From the NCBI GenBank assembly GCA_022826745.1, contig JAJDUI010000014.1, forward strand, positions 8,520 through 72,519: DNA of 64,000 bases, written 5' to 3'. This document shows positions 27,375 through 37,253 of the stretch, piece by piece. The notes under the pieces are model-generated. The model did no database searches and had not been told where the DNA came from. It was given only the letters and a program-made list of their open reading frames with translations. This stretch comes from Thermoanaerobaculia bacterium. Lineage in GTDB: Bacteria > Acidobacteriota > Thermoanaerobaculia > Multivoradales > Multivoraceae. The translations under genes and the position numbers were made by a program. How positions within the stretch are numbered: position 1 is the first letter of the stretch; each line of letters starts with the position of its first letter.

Positions 27375-29378
27375 CTATGCCGCGTCCTCGTCGATCACCA
27401 CCAGGAGTTCGCCGTTCCCCACCTGCTCGCCCTCGCCGACGCGGAACTCGGAAACCGTGCCCGGCTCCGGCGCGGTCACGCGGTGCTCCATCTTCATCGC
27501 TTCCAGAACCAGAAGGAGTTGACCCGACTCGACCCGATCCCCGACCGCGACGTGGGTCGAGATCACCTTGCCCGGCATCGGCGCGGTCAGGCCGCCGGCG
27601 ACGGCTTCCAGGCCGGCGACCGGGAAGCGCGGCAGTTCCCGCAGCTCGACGTCGCCCCGCGGACCGTGGACTAGCCAGCGATCGCCGTCGGCCGTGACGG
27701 TCGAGCGGAACCTGCCGCCGTCGATCACGACTTCGACACCGTCCCCGGTCCGCCGCCGGAATTCGACTGTGTGCCCGCTCGGCTCGCCGTCACCCGCCAC
27801 GGCACGCGTATCGAACCGGCCGTCGCGCTGGATCCGGTACTCGATCCGCAGCGCGTCGCCGGCGCCGGTCTCGAACTCCGCCCGCTCGTAGGGCATGACC
27901 GTGTTGCGCCAACCGCTGACGATCGTCGGATGGATGCGGGCGGCCCGCCTGCGGTCATGCTGGGCGGCCATCGCCGCGCAGATCCCCGCGGCGACCACCT
28001 CGTCCGTCGACGGCCGGCGCACGGGCTCGGGCGCCACCCGTTCGATGAAATCGGTCGTCGTGTCGCCGGCCAGATACTCGGGCGACCGCAGCGTCGCCAC
28101 CAGGAAATCCCGGTTCGTCCGAATGCCCTGAACCCGCGTCGTCTCCAGCACCCGGGCAAGCCGCAGCGCCGCCTCGCGGCGGGTGGCCGCGCCGACGATC
28201 GCCTTCGCCAGCATCGGATCGAACTCGATGCCCACGTCGCTGCCGCTCTCGATCCCGGAGTCGAAGCGCGCGTTCATCCCCGGCGCCGGCTGCCAGCACT
28301 GCACCTGCCCGGTCTGGGGCAGGAAGTCGTTCGCCGGGTCCTCGGCGTAGAGCCGCGCCTCGATCGCGTGACCGCGGATCGCCAGGTCGTCCTGGCCGAA
28401 GCCGAGACGTTCCCCCTGGGCGATGCGCAGTTGCTCGCGGACCAGGTCGAGCCCCGTGATCTCCTCGGTCACCGGATGCTCGACCTGCAGCCGGGTGTTC
28501 ACCTCCAGGAACCAGAAGTCGGTCGGAGCGGAGCCGTCCGCCGGCTGCTCGACCAGGAACTCCACCGTCCCCGCCGAGGCGTAGCCGATCGCCTGGCCGG
28601 CGGCCACCGCCGCGGCCCCCATGCGCGCTCGCAGCTCGTCGCTCACGACGGGAGACGGCGCCTCCTCGATGATCTTCTGGTGGCGGCGCTGGATCGAGCA
28701 CTCGCGCTCGAAGCAGTGGACGAGGTTGCCATGCAGGTCGCCCAGGATCTGGATCTCGACGTGCCGTGACGAGGCCAGCCAACGCTCCAGAAACACGGTA
28801 CCGTCGCCGAACGCGGCCGCCGCCTCACGCCGCGCGCCCTCGACGGCGGCCTCGAGTTCGCTCTCCGACTCGACCACCCGCATGCCGCGGCCGCCGCCGC
28901 CGGCCGCCGCCTTGACCAGGGCCGGGAAGCCGACTTCCGCCGCCGCGGCGGCCAGGTTGGTGTCTTCGTCGAGTTCGACCGCCTGAAGCGTCGGCACCTT
29001 CGCCTCGCCCATCAGCTCCTTTGCCGAGAGCTTGTCGCCCATCGCGGCGATCGCCTCGGGCGACGGACCGACCCAGACCAGGCCCGCGTCGGTCACCGCG
29101 CGGGCGAAGTCCGCGTTCTCGGACAGGAAGCCGTAGCCCGGATGCACCGCATCGGCGCCGGTGCGCGCCGCCGCGGCCAGCACCTTCTCGATGTCCAGAT
29201 AGGTCTCGGCCGACGAGCGCCCGTCGAGCGCCACGCCAACGTCGGCCTCGGCCACGAAGGGGGCATCGGCGTCGCCGTCGGCGTACACGGCGACCGTCGC
29301 GATCCCCATCTCGCGCGCCGAACGGAAGATCCGCCGCGCGATCTCACCGCGATTGGCGACCAGGAGCCGCGTGATCAT
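27375..29378 (-). CDS. Acyl-CoA carboxylase alpha subunit (biotin carboxylase + biotin carrier)
   Basis: ANRGEIA, HPGYGFLSEN, GGGGRGM, RECSIQRRHQK, EVNTRLQVEHPVTE, EAMKM. Confidence 0.96.
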   Translation of the reverse strand: MITRLLVANRGEIARRIFRSAREMGIATVAVYADGDADAPFVAEADVGVALDGRSSAETYLDIEKVLAAAARTGADAVHPGYGFLSENADFARAVTDAGLVWVGPSPEAIAAMGDKLSAKELMGEAKVPTLQAVELDEDTNLAAAAAEVGFPALVKAAAGGGGRGMRVVESESELEAAVEGARREAAAAFGDGTVFLERWLASSRHVEIQILGDLHGNLVHCFERECSIQRRHQKIIEEAPSPVVSDELRARMGAAAVAAGQAIGYASAGTVEFLVEQPADGSAPTDFWFLEVNTRLQVEHPVTEEITGLDLVREQLRIAQGERLGFGQDDLAIRGHAIEARLYAEDPANDFLPQTGQVQCWQPAPGMNARFDSGIESGSDVGIEFDPMLAKAIVGAATRREAALRLARVLETTRVQGIRTNRDFLVATLRSPEYLAGDTTTDFIERVAPEPVRRPSTDEVVAAGICAAMAAQHDRRRAARIHPTIVSGWRNTVMPYERAEFETGAGDALRIEYRIQRDGRFDTRAVAGDGEPSGHTVEFRRRTGDGVEVVIDGGRFRSTVTADGDRWLVHGPRGDVELRELPRFPVAGLEAVAGGLTAPMPGKVISTHVAVGDRVESGQLLLVLEAMKMEHRVTAPEPGTVSEFRVGEGEQVGNGELLVVIDEDAA

Positions 29379-29399
29379 GCGGACCTCACCGCGCCGCCC

Positions 29400-31031
29400 T
29401 CACATCCTGAAGACGGCATAGCCCTTGGCCCCTTCGACCGCCCGGCTGTGGCAAGCGGAAAGCGACAGGCCTAGCACCGTACGCGTGTCGCGCGGGTCGA
29501 TCATCCCGTCGTCGGAGACCCGGGAGGTCGCGTAGAGGCCCAGCGAGCGCTTCTCGGCCCAGTGGATGACGCCGGCGGCCCGTTTCCGGTCCGCCTCCTC
29601 GTCGAACGGGATTCCGCGCCGCTGCGCCGCCCGCCGAGTCACGATCGTCATCACGCCGGCCATCTGCTCCGGGCCCATTACCGCGATCTTCGCGGTCGGC
29701 CAGATGTAGGTGAACCGCGTGCCATAGGCGCGGCCGCTCATGCCGTAGTTGCCGGCGCCGTAGGAAGCGCCGACGATCACCGAGAGATGCGGCACGGTGG
29801 AGTTCGCGACCGCGTTGATCATCTTCGAGCCGTTCTTCGTGATCCCGCCCTGCTCATAGTCCGTACCCACGATGTAGCCGGTGATGTTGTGCAGGAAGAG
29901 CAGCGGCACGTCGATCTGGTTGCAGAGCTGAATGAACTGGGTCGCCTTCTCCGCCGACTCCGAAAACAGCGCGCCGTTGTTGCCCAGGATGCCCACCGGG
30001 TAGCCGTGGATCGACGACCATCCGCACACCAGGGTCGGCCCGTAGAGCGGCTTGAACTCCTCGAAGCGCGAACCATCGACGACCCGGCCGATCACCTCGC
30101 GGATGTCGAGCGGCGAGCGCAGGTCACGCGAGACGAGGCCGAGCAACTCCTCGGGATCGAGCACCGGATCGTCGGGCGGCAGGCTCGGACCCGGGCCTTC
30201 CTTGCGCCAGTTCAGGTGGGCGATCACGTCGCGGCAAAGGCGAATTCCGTCCATCTCGTCCTGGGCCAGGTAGTCGCCCAGGCCCGAGACGCGGCAGTGC
30301 ATGTCGGCACCGCCGATGCTCTCCGGTTCCGCGTCCTCGCCGGTCGCCATCTTGACCAGGGGCGGACCGCCGAGCGAGACCATCGCCTGGTTCTTGACGA
30401 AGATGTTGTAGTCGCTCATCCCCGGCTGGTACGCCCCGCCCGCGGTCGAGGCGCCGAAGACGATCGACACCGTCGGAATCCGCATCTTCGAGAGCTCGGA
30501 GATCTCGTAGAAGAGGCGGCCGGACTCGGCGAAGTGGCCGAGCGTGCGCTTCGTCTGCGCGTCCGGATCGTCGCCCGTGTTGCCCCGCAGGTCGGCGCCC
30601 GCGGACTCGACGAACTGGACATAGGGCAAACGGTTCACCCGAGCGATCTCGAGGCCGCGCATCAGCTTCTTCGAGTTGAACTCGTTGAAGGCACCGGCCC
30701 GCACCGACGGGTCGTGGCCGAGGATCACGCACTCCGTGCCCGAGATGACGCCGACGCCGAGCACGAAGCCCGAGCCGACCGTGTAGTACGAGTTCCAGGC
30801 CGCGAGCGGCGAGATCTCGAGGAACGGGCTGTCGCGGTCGAGGGCGTTCGCCACACGCTCGCGCACCGGCAGCCTGCCGCGGCTCCGAAGGCGGTTCATC
30901 GCCTCCGGCCCACCGCCGCCGGACACCTGCTCGAGCAGGGCGTTGACCTGGTCGATCTGCTCCAGGATGTCGGTGCGGTTCTTCCTGAACTGTTCCGACC
31001 GGACGTCGACGTTGGATCTGAGAGCCTGCAT
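29400..31031 (-). CDS. Acyl-CoA carboxylase carboxyltransferase subunit (methylcrotonyl/geranyl-CoA type)
   Basis: VESAGADL, STAGGAYQP, LGGPPLVKMATGE, SYGAGNYGM, IDPRDTR. Confidence 0.95.
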   Translation of the reverse strand: MQALRSNVDVRSEQFRKNRTDILEQIDQVNALLEQVSGGGGPEAMNRLRSRGRLPVRERVANALDRDSPFLEISPLAAWNSYYTVGSGFVLGVGVISGTECVILGHDPSVRAGAFNEFNSKKLMRGLEIARVNRLPYVQFVESAGADLRGNTGDDPDAQTKRTLGHFAESGRLFYEISELSKMRIPTVSIVFGASTAGGAYQPGMSDYNIFVKNQAMVSLGGPPLVKMATGEDAEPESIGGADMHCRVSGLGDYLAQDEMDGIRLCRDVIAHLNWRKEGPGPSLPPDDPVLDPEELLGLVSRDLRSPLDIREVIGRVVDGSRFEEFKPLYGPTLVCGWSSIHGYPVGILGNNGALFSESAEKATQFIQLCNQIDVPLLFLHNITGYIVGTDYEQGGITKNGSKMINAVANSTVPHLSVIVGASYGAGNYGMSGRAYGTRFTYIWPTAKIAVMGPEQMAGVMTIVTRRAAQRRGIPFDEEADRKRAAGVIHWAEKRSLGLYATSRVSDDGMIDPRDTRTVLGLSLSACHSRAVEGAKGYAVFRM

Positions 31032-31102
31032 GCGCTAACCGCCCCACTGAGCGCGGAGCGGCGAAGGGAAGTCTGCGTGAAGAGCGGCGATCATGTCAGA
31101 TC

Positions 31103-32704
31103 TCAGGCCGCGCTGTAGGCCCCCTTCCGCCACTCCTCCACCAGGACGAACTTCTGGATCTTGCCGGACGGCGTCAGCGGGAACTCATCCACGCGGTACC
31201 AGGCCTTGGGGGTCTTCTGCGGCGACAGGTTCTCGCGGCAGTAGGTGTGGAGTTCCGCGTCCGAGACCGGGTCGGCCGGGTCCGCGTCGCGAACGAAGGC
31301 GCCGACGATCTCGCCCCAGCGCTCGTCCGGCAGGCCGACGACCGCGACATCCGCGACCTGGGGATGCTCGAACAGCAGTTCCTCGATCTCCCGCGGGTAG
31401 ATGTTCTCGCCGCCGCGGATGATCATGTCCCTCAGCCGGCCGGTGATCGTCGTGTAGCCGCGATCGTCCATCGTCACCAGGTCGCCGGTGTGCAGCCAGC
31501 CGTCCTCGTCGATCGTCTCGGCCGTCCTGTCGGGCATCTCGAAGTACCCGAGCATCACGAGATACCCGCGGCAGCAGAGTTCGCCGGCCTCGCCGATCGG
31601 CACGGTGGCGCCGGTCTCGGGGTCGATCACCTTCATCTCGGTCTGCGGCAGCACCGGACCGAGGGTGTTCGCCTTGTCTTCCTCGCTGTCGTCCGGCTTC
31701 ATCAGCGTCACGCCCGGCGACGCCTCCGTCTGGCCGTAGATGATCGAGAACTGCACCCCGAGCGTGCTCTCGATCCGGCGCACCAGGTCGGCCGGCACCG
31801 TCGCGCCACCCGAACAGACGGTGTGGACAGACGACAGGTCGCGGCTGGCGAAGTCGGGATGCTCCATCACCGCGATCAGCATCGTCGGCACGCCGAGCAG
31901 GTGCGTGGCGCGCAGCTCCTCGATCAGCGCCAGCATGAGCCCCGGCTCGAACATGACCAGGTTCACCAGGGTCGCCTGGTGCTGGCAGGGACCGAGGACG
32001 CCCAGCACGCAGCCACCCGTGTGGAACAGGGGCATCGGGTTGACGTAGGCGTCGCCGGGCCTGACACCGAGGCGTTCGGCGGTGAAACGGGCGTTGTTCG
32101 TGATCCCCCGGTGATGAAGGTAGGCACCCTTGGGGAAACCGGTGGTGCCCGACGTGTACTGGATCTGGACCGGGTCGTCCGGGCTCACTTCGGGAAGCTC
32201 GACGCCGTCCGGCGCCGAGGCCACGAACTCCTCGAACTCGTCGAACGGGATGATCTCGCGCAATTCCGGCAGACCGTCCGCCACCTGCTTCAGCGACTCC
32301 TCCATCGGGTTGCCGCGGAACGAGCGCAGGTAGAAGATGCCGGACGACCGCGACTGGCGCAGCACGTACTCGAGTTCCTTCGGCTGGTACGCCGGGTTGA
32401 CCGTCACCAGGACCACGCCGGCCAGGCCCGCGCCGTACTCGAGCAGCACCCACTCCGGGATGTTCGGCGCCCAGACCGCGACCCGCTCGCCCTTCTCGAA
32501 GCGTACGGCCAGCGCCCGCGCCACGCGCTCCGCGTCGGCCAGAAGCTCGGCGTAGGTCCAGGTTCGCCGCTCGCCCGGCACGCCCTCGATCAGGGCTACC
32601 GTGTTCGGGGCCTTGGCCGCGGCGTCGCGCAGGATGCCGCCGACCGTCGTCTCGAGGACGGGTGAACTGGTGTCGGCGGGAACGTAGCTCTCGGTCAGCG
32701 CCAT
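31103..32704 (-). CDS. AMP-binding acyl-CoA synthetase
   Basis: YTSGTTGFPKG, YGQTE, GWLHTGD, IIRGGENIYPREIE, TPSGKIQK; SD GAGGAG. Confidence 0.95.
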   Translation of the reverse strand: MALTESYVPADTSSPVLETTVGGILRDAAAKAPNTVALIEGVPGERRTWTYAELLADAERVARALAVRFEKGERVAVWAPNIPEWVLLEYGAGLAGVVLVTVNPAYQPKELEYVLRQSRSSGIFYLRSFRGNPMEESLKQVADGLPELREIIPFDEFEEFVASAPDGVELPEVSPDDPVQIQYTSGTTGFPKGAYLHHRGITNNARFTAERLGVRPGDAYVNPMPLFHTGGCVLGVLGPCQHQATLVNLVMFEPGLMLALIEELRATHLLGVPTMLIAVMEHPDFASRDLSSVHTVCSGGATVPADLVRRIESTLGVQFSIIYGQTEASPGVTLMKPDDSEEDKANTLGPVLPQTEMKVIDPETGATVPIGEAGELCCRGYLVMLGYFEMPDRTAETIDEDGWLHTGDLVTMDDRGYTTITGRLRDMIIRGGENIYPREIEELLFEHPQVADVAVVGLPDERWGEIVGAFVRDADPADPVSDAELHTYCRENLSPQKTPKAWYRVDEFPLTPSGKIQKFVLVEEWRKGAYSAA

Positions 32705-32763
32705 CGTTGGTTCTCCTCTCGTTCCGGACACGGAATCGTAGCCGCTTGCTACCCTCCGCGCCC

Positions 32764-33756
32764 ATGACCAACCAAGTCGCCGAGAAAGTCCTCGATTCGC
32801 TCTACCGGGTCGTCGTACCGCTGCCGCGGAATCCGCTGAAGGAAGTGAACTGCTACGTCCTCGCCGAGGACGACCGCTGGCTCGTCATCGACACGGGCAT
32901 GAACCGTCCCGAGTGCCGGGAGGTTATGACCGCGGGCCTCGACGAGATCGGCGTGGACCTCCAAAAGACGGACTTCCTGGCGACCCATCTCCACGCCGAC
33001 CACCACGGCCTGATCCCGGACCTGCTGCGGCCCGGCCGTACGGCATCGATGGGCGCCATCGACGCGGCGGCAATGGGCCGGGCCCACGGCGGCTGGTCCG
33101 AGGACAGCCCGATGGGCGTGTACCTCCGGCGCAGCGGCTTCCCGCCCGAGGAACTCGCGGAGTCCTTCAAACGCCATCCTGGGGCCCGCTTCAGCGGCAG
33201 CCGCCACATCGACTACGCGCCCTTGGCCGAAGGCGACGTGATCGAGATCGCCGGCTACCGGCTGGAGGTCATCGACACGCCGGGACATACCTTCGGCCAC
33301 ATCTCCCTGTACGACCGGGCGAAGCGCCTGTTCATCGCCGGCGACCACATCCTGGGCGACATCACGCCCAACATCCAGGCCTGGGCCGACGATCACGACC
33401 CCCTGGGCCTCTACCTCGACAGCATCGCCAAGGTCGAGGCGCTCGACGTCGACCTCTGCCTGCCAGGCCACCGGAGTCTCATCCACGACTTCAAGGGCCG
33501 CTGCCGCGAACTCCGTGAGCACCACGAAGTCCGCGGCCAGGAAGTCGTCGACATCCTGCGCGCGAACGGCGGCCGCAACGCCTACGAGACCGCGGCGTTG
33601 ATGACCTGGGACATCCGCGCCAGGTCCTGGGACGACTTCCCGATCATGCAGCGCTGGTTCGCGACCGGCGAAGCGATCGCGCACTTGCGGTGGCTGGAGG
33701 ACCTGGGAGAGCTGCAGCGGGAAGACGCGGGCGAGCGGATTCTGTACAGCGCCTGA
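32764..33756 (+). CDS. MBL-fold metallo-hydrolase
   Basis: THLHADHHG, TPGHT.GH, AGDH.L, PGH. Confidence 0.92.
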   Translation: MTNQVAEKVLDSLYRVVVPLPRNPLKEVNCYVLAEDDRWLVIDTGMNRPECREVMTAGLDEIGVDLQKTDFLATHLHADHHGLIPDLLRPGRTASMGAIDAAAMGRAHGGWSEDSPMGVYLRRSGFPPEELAESFKRHPGARFSGSRHIDYAPLAEGDVIEIAGYRLEVIDTPGHTFGHISLYDRAKRLFIAGDHILGDITPNIQAWADDHDPLGLYLDSIAKVEALDVDLCLPGHRSLIHDFKGRCRELREHHEVRGQEVVDILRANGGRNAYETAALMTWDIRARSWDDFPIMQRWFATGEAIAHLRWLEDLGELQREDAGERILYSA

Positions 33757-33777
33757 CAGCGCCATCGAACCAGGCGA

Positions 33778-34038
33778 TCACTCGAGCGGCGCGATCTTCC
33801 CCAGGTCTTCCGACTGCTGCCCGCGCTTCCAGGCCCGCCGCAACTCGTCCCGGTGCAGGGAGGCCCACTCCATCACCAGGCCGAGGGCACGCGGCGGGAG
33901 GCGACCCTTCAACATGGTCATCTTCTCGATGCCGATCAACGCGACCGCGCCGCCGTACCGGACGTGGAAGTGGGCGGGAGGTGTGTCTCCACACTCCATC
34001 TCGACGATGATTCCGTAGAAGCGACTGACTTCGATCAT
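33778..34038 (-). CDS. DUF4160-domain protein
   Basis: M.EVSRFYGI...PPAHFH..YG, G.LP.RAL.LV.EWA.LH..EL...W, KIAPLE. Confidence 0.85.
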   Translation of the reverse strand: MIEVSRFYGIIVEMECGDTPPAHFHVRYGGAVALIGIEKMTMLKGRLPPRALGLVMEWASLHRDELRRAWKRGQQSEDLGKIAPLE

Positions 34039-34136
34039 CGGCGCGGCAGCTCCTCGTTGTTCTCCAACGTGATCGCCAAGCGTACCAATGCGCTCCGCGA
34101 CACGGACGGCGCCTCCTCTTTTCGCGGCACGGCGTC

Positions 34137-34688
34137 CTACTCGCTCTCCTCGTCCGCCGGAACCTCGCCGGCGGCCTCAAGCGCCAGACCCGCGGTCGTC
34201 GTGACCTTCGTGCTCGTCGGGATGTCCTCCGTCACGACGCAGTTCACGCCGATGAAGACGTCGTCGCCGATCTCGATCTTCCCGATCAGGCGACTGCCGG
34301 CGCCGACGAAGACGTTGTCGCCGAGAGTCGGCATCTGGTCCAGCCGCCTGCCGGTCGGAGCGCCGATCGTGACCTGGTGGAGCAGCGTGCCGTTCCGGCC
34401 GATGCGCACGCCGTGGCCGATCACCAGGCCGGTGCCGTGGCTGATGAACAGACCCGGTCCGATTCGGGCCCCAGGCGCGATGTCCACGCTGGTGAGAAAC
34501 AGCGAAAGCCGGCCGAAGAACGGCCCCAGGACCGGGACGCGACGGCTCTTGAACCAGTGGGCGATGCGGTAGAGGACGACCGCCTGGTAGCCGTTCTCGA
34601 ACAGCAGCGACTCGATCACGTAGAAGGGGAACGGCTTCGTCTTGATCGCGCGCAACCGGCGCGTGTCCTCCCGCAGGTTCTTCATCAT
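34137..34688 (-). CDS. Serine O-acetyltransferase-like hexapeptide acetyltransferase
   Basis: VDIAPGARIGPGLFISHGTGLVIG, PTLGDNVFVGAG hexapeptide repeats. Confidence 0.88.
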   Translation of the reverse strand: MMKNLREDTRRLRAIKTKPFPFYVIESLLFENGYQAVVLYRIAHWFKSRRVPVLGPFFGRLSLFLTSVDIAPGARIGPGLFISHGTGLVIGHGVRIGRNGTLLHQVTIGAPTGRRLDQMPTLGDNVFVGAGSRLIGKIEIGDDVFIGVNCVVTEDIPTSTKVTTTAGLALEAAGEVPADEESE

Positions 34689-35617
34689 GCGCGGGCGCCC
34701 TCGTCGATCCTCGGCGGCGGCGCCATCGGCGCCCGGAGGCCCTCGATCACACCGCGGAGCTTGGCGATCACCGCGCCCTGGTTGCCGCGGACGAGTTCAC
34801 GAAAGAAGGCGAGGAACAGACCTGCCGAAAGGAAGGTCACGAACGAGCACCACTGCAGCGGCCCGCCGTAGCGGCGCACGAACAGAGCGGCGCTGCGGCC
34901 GTTGAAGAACGTCCGCGAGGCTCGGTAGCCGCCGACGGTCCGTGCCACCATGTGGTACAGCACGGCCCGGTGGGCGTAGTAGCAGCGGTAGCCGCGCGCC
35001 TTCATCCGCATGCACCAGTCGGCGTCGTCCAGCGCCAGGTGGAAGAGCGGATCCCAGAGACCGATCTCCTCGACGACCCTCCGGCGCACCAGCATGGCGC
35101 AGCCGTTCACGTAGGGGACTTCCTCGTCCCGGTCGTACTGCCCGCGGTCGACCTCGCCTTCTCCCCGCTCACGGGTCATCGACTCGCGGAAGCGAATGCG
35201 GCCGCCCGCCGACCACAACCGGTCGCGCTCGCCGTGGTAGAGGATCTTCGGCCCCACGCAGCCGATGCCGGCATCCGCCTCGGCGACCGCGACGAGTTCG
35301 TCGAGGAAGTCCGGCTCCACTTCGATGTCGTTGTTCAGCAGCAGGAGGTAGTCGACGCCCCGGTTGACGGCGAGTTCGATCCCCTGGTTCATGCCGAAGA
35401 CGACGCCCCGGTTCTCCTCGACCCGGATCTGCGTGACGTTCGGGTGCGCGGCGGCTACCGCCTCGGTCGAGCCGTCGCTCGAACCGTTGTCGATGTGGAT
35501 CAACTCGCAGGCCGTGTAGGTCAACGCTTCAAGGCTCGCCAGCGCCTGCAGCGTGATGTCGCGGCCGTTGTAGTTCAGGACGATGGCGGCGACGCGGGGT
35601 GCTTGCTCCTGGGCCAC
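34685..35617 (-). CDS. Glycosyltransferase family 2
   Basis: IVLNYNG, DNGSSDG, LLLNND, GCAML, DDADW. Confidence 0.93.
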   Translation of the reverse strand: MAQEQAPRVAAIVLNYNGRDITLQALASLEALTYTACELIHIDNGSSDGSTEAVAAAHPNVTQIRVEENRGVVFGMNQGIELAVNRGVDYLLLLNNDIEVEPDFLDELVAVAEADAGIGCVGPKILYHGERDRLWSAGGRIRFRESMTRERGEGEVDRGQYDRDEEVPYVNGCAMLVRRRVVEEIGLWDPLFHLALDDADWCMRMKARGYRCYYAHRAVLYHMVARTVGGYRASRTFFNGRSAALFVRRYGGPLQWCSFVTFLSAGLFLAFFRELVRGNQGAVIAKLRGVIEGLRAPMAPPPRIDEGARA

Positions 35618-35661
35618 GCGGGCAGCGTAACGCAGGAGGGGTGGCGGCTAGTATCCACGCC

Positions 35662-37185
35662 ATGCAGCGAAGTGGACGCCGGCCTCACGGCCGGCGCGTC
35701 TTTCCGGCCGCCTGCAGCGGCAGCCGGCGGGGGCGCCGGCGCACCCAGTGTGCGGGCGCTTTCGTGGCGCTGCTGGCCTTTCCTGTCGCGGCGCTGGCGC
35801 AAGCGGCGGCTGAGTCCGGGTCGGTAGCGACGTGGCCCGGTTTCCGTGGACCTGACGGCATTCCCGTTTCGGACAACGATCGCCTGCCGATCAACTGGTC
35901 CACGACCGAGAACGTCGAATGGAGCGTGGACGTCCCTGGTTCCGGCTGGTCGTCGCCGGTCGTCGTGGGCAACGCGGTCTTTCTGACCACGGCGGCCAGA
36001 CCGACCGAGGCGACCAAGCGGCCGGAGTTCGGCACCGAGTACAGCAACGAGTTCATGCGCGAACTCCGCGAACAGGGGCTTCCCTGGGAGGAAGTCCTCA
36101 AGCGCCACGACGAACGCTTCATCGAGTTTCCCGACGAGGTCGACCTCGACTACCAGTTGATCGCGTACTCGCTCGAGGACGGCGCCGAACTCTGGAAACG
36201 CACCTTCTTCTCGGGACCACCGCCGGGCGGCCGCCACTCGAAGAACACGTTCGCCTCCGAGACGCCGGTGACCGACGGCGAGACGATCTTCGTCTACATC
36301 ACCGGCCTCGGTCTCTGGGCCTACTCACTGGACGGTGACCTGCGCTGGGAGCGCCGGCTCGATCAGTTCCAGATCTACATGGACTTCGGGACCGGCGGTT
36401 CGCCCGCCCTGACCGACGACCTGGTCCTCATCCTGAACGACAACCAGGAGCACCCGTTCCTGGCCGCCTTCTCCAAGCTGGACGGACGCGAGATGTGGCG
36501 CTCGGCCCGTGGACGGCTGGCCGCTCCGCATGCCCCCAACCACCGAACCTCCTGGAGCACGCCGTTCGTCTGGCGGCACGACGAACGAACCGAGATCGTC
36601 GCGCTCGGCCCCTACACCGCGATCAGCTACGACACGATGGGCCGGGAGCTGTGGCGGCTGACGCGGCACTCACTGCTGCCGGTGCCGACGCCCTTCGCCT
36701 ACGAGGGCCTGCTCTACGTGACGTCGGGCGTCCACGGCGACCAGAACCGCCCGATCACCGCGATCCTGCCGGGGGGCTCCGGCGACCTGACGCCGGGCGA
36801 GGACGAAACGAGCAGCGACTTCGTCGTCTGGAACGACAACCGGGCCGGCACCTACATCCCTACTCCCGTGCCGTACAAGGGCTCGCTGTGGGTGGTCTAC
36901 GACCGGGGCATCTTCGCCCGCTACGACGCGGCCACGGGGGAACGGCTCTACCGGTCGCGGATCAGCGACTCGAACGGCCACTTCACGACCTCGCCCTGGG
37001 CCTACCGCGACCGCATCTTCGCGACCGACGAGGCCGGCACGACCTTCGTCTTCGGCACCGGCGAGGAGTTCGAGCAGCTCCACGCGAATCCGCTGGACGA
37101 GATGACGTTGGCCTCCCCGGCCCTGGCCGGCGACCGGCTGGTCACGCGGACGCGGACGAAGCTGTACAGCATCCGGGAGGACTGA
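35662..37185 (+). CDS. PQQ-binding-like beta-propeller repeat protein
   Basis: WPGFRGP, WSTTENVEW, PGSGWSSPVV, ASETPVTDG, SWSTP, ASPA; ATG lies 7 nt after TAGTAT. Confidence 0.9.
   Translation: MQRSGRRPHGRRVFPAACSGSRRGRRRTQCAGAFVALLAFPVAALAQAAAESGSVATWPGFRGPDGIPVSDNDRLPINWSTTENVEWSVDVPGSGWSSPVVVGNAVFLTTAARPTEATKRPEFGTEYSNEFMRELREQGLPWEEVLKRHDERFIEFPDEVDLDYQLIAYSLEDGAELWKRTFFSGPPPGGRHSKNTFASETPVTDGETIFVYITGLGLWAYSLDGDLRWERRLDQFQIYMDFGTGGSPALTDDLVLILNDNQEHPFLAAFSKLDGREMWRSARGRLAAPHAPNHRTSWSTPFVWRHDERTEIVALGPYTAISYDTMGRELWRLTRHSLLPVPTPFAYEGLLYVTSGVHGDQNRPITAILPGGSGDLTPGEDETSSDFVVWNDNRAGTYIPTPVPYKGSLWVVYDRGIFARYDAATGERLYRSRISDSNGHFTTSPWAYRDRIFATDEAGTTFVFGTGEEFEQLHANPLDEMTLASPALAGDRLVTRTRTKLYSIRED
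35723..35752 (+). repeat. REP-like palindrome
   Basis: GCCGGC-N6-GCCGGC-GCACCCAGTGTG; 22 nt identical to 53592-53613. Confidence 0.7.
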
Positions 37186-37253
37186 CCACGATCACGGCTT
37201 CCATGCGGTGAAGCGACGCGCACTGAAGCACGGAGAGACCCGAGTTCGTCGGC

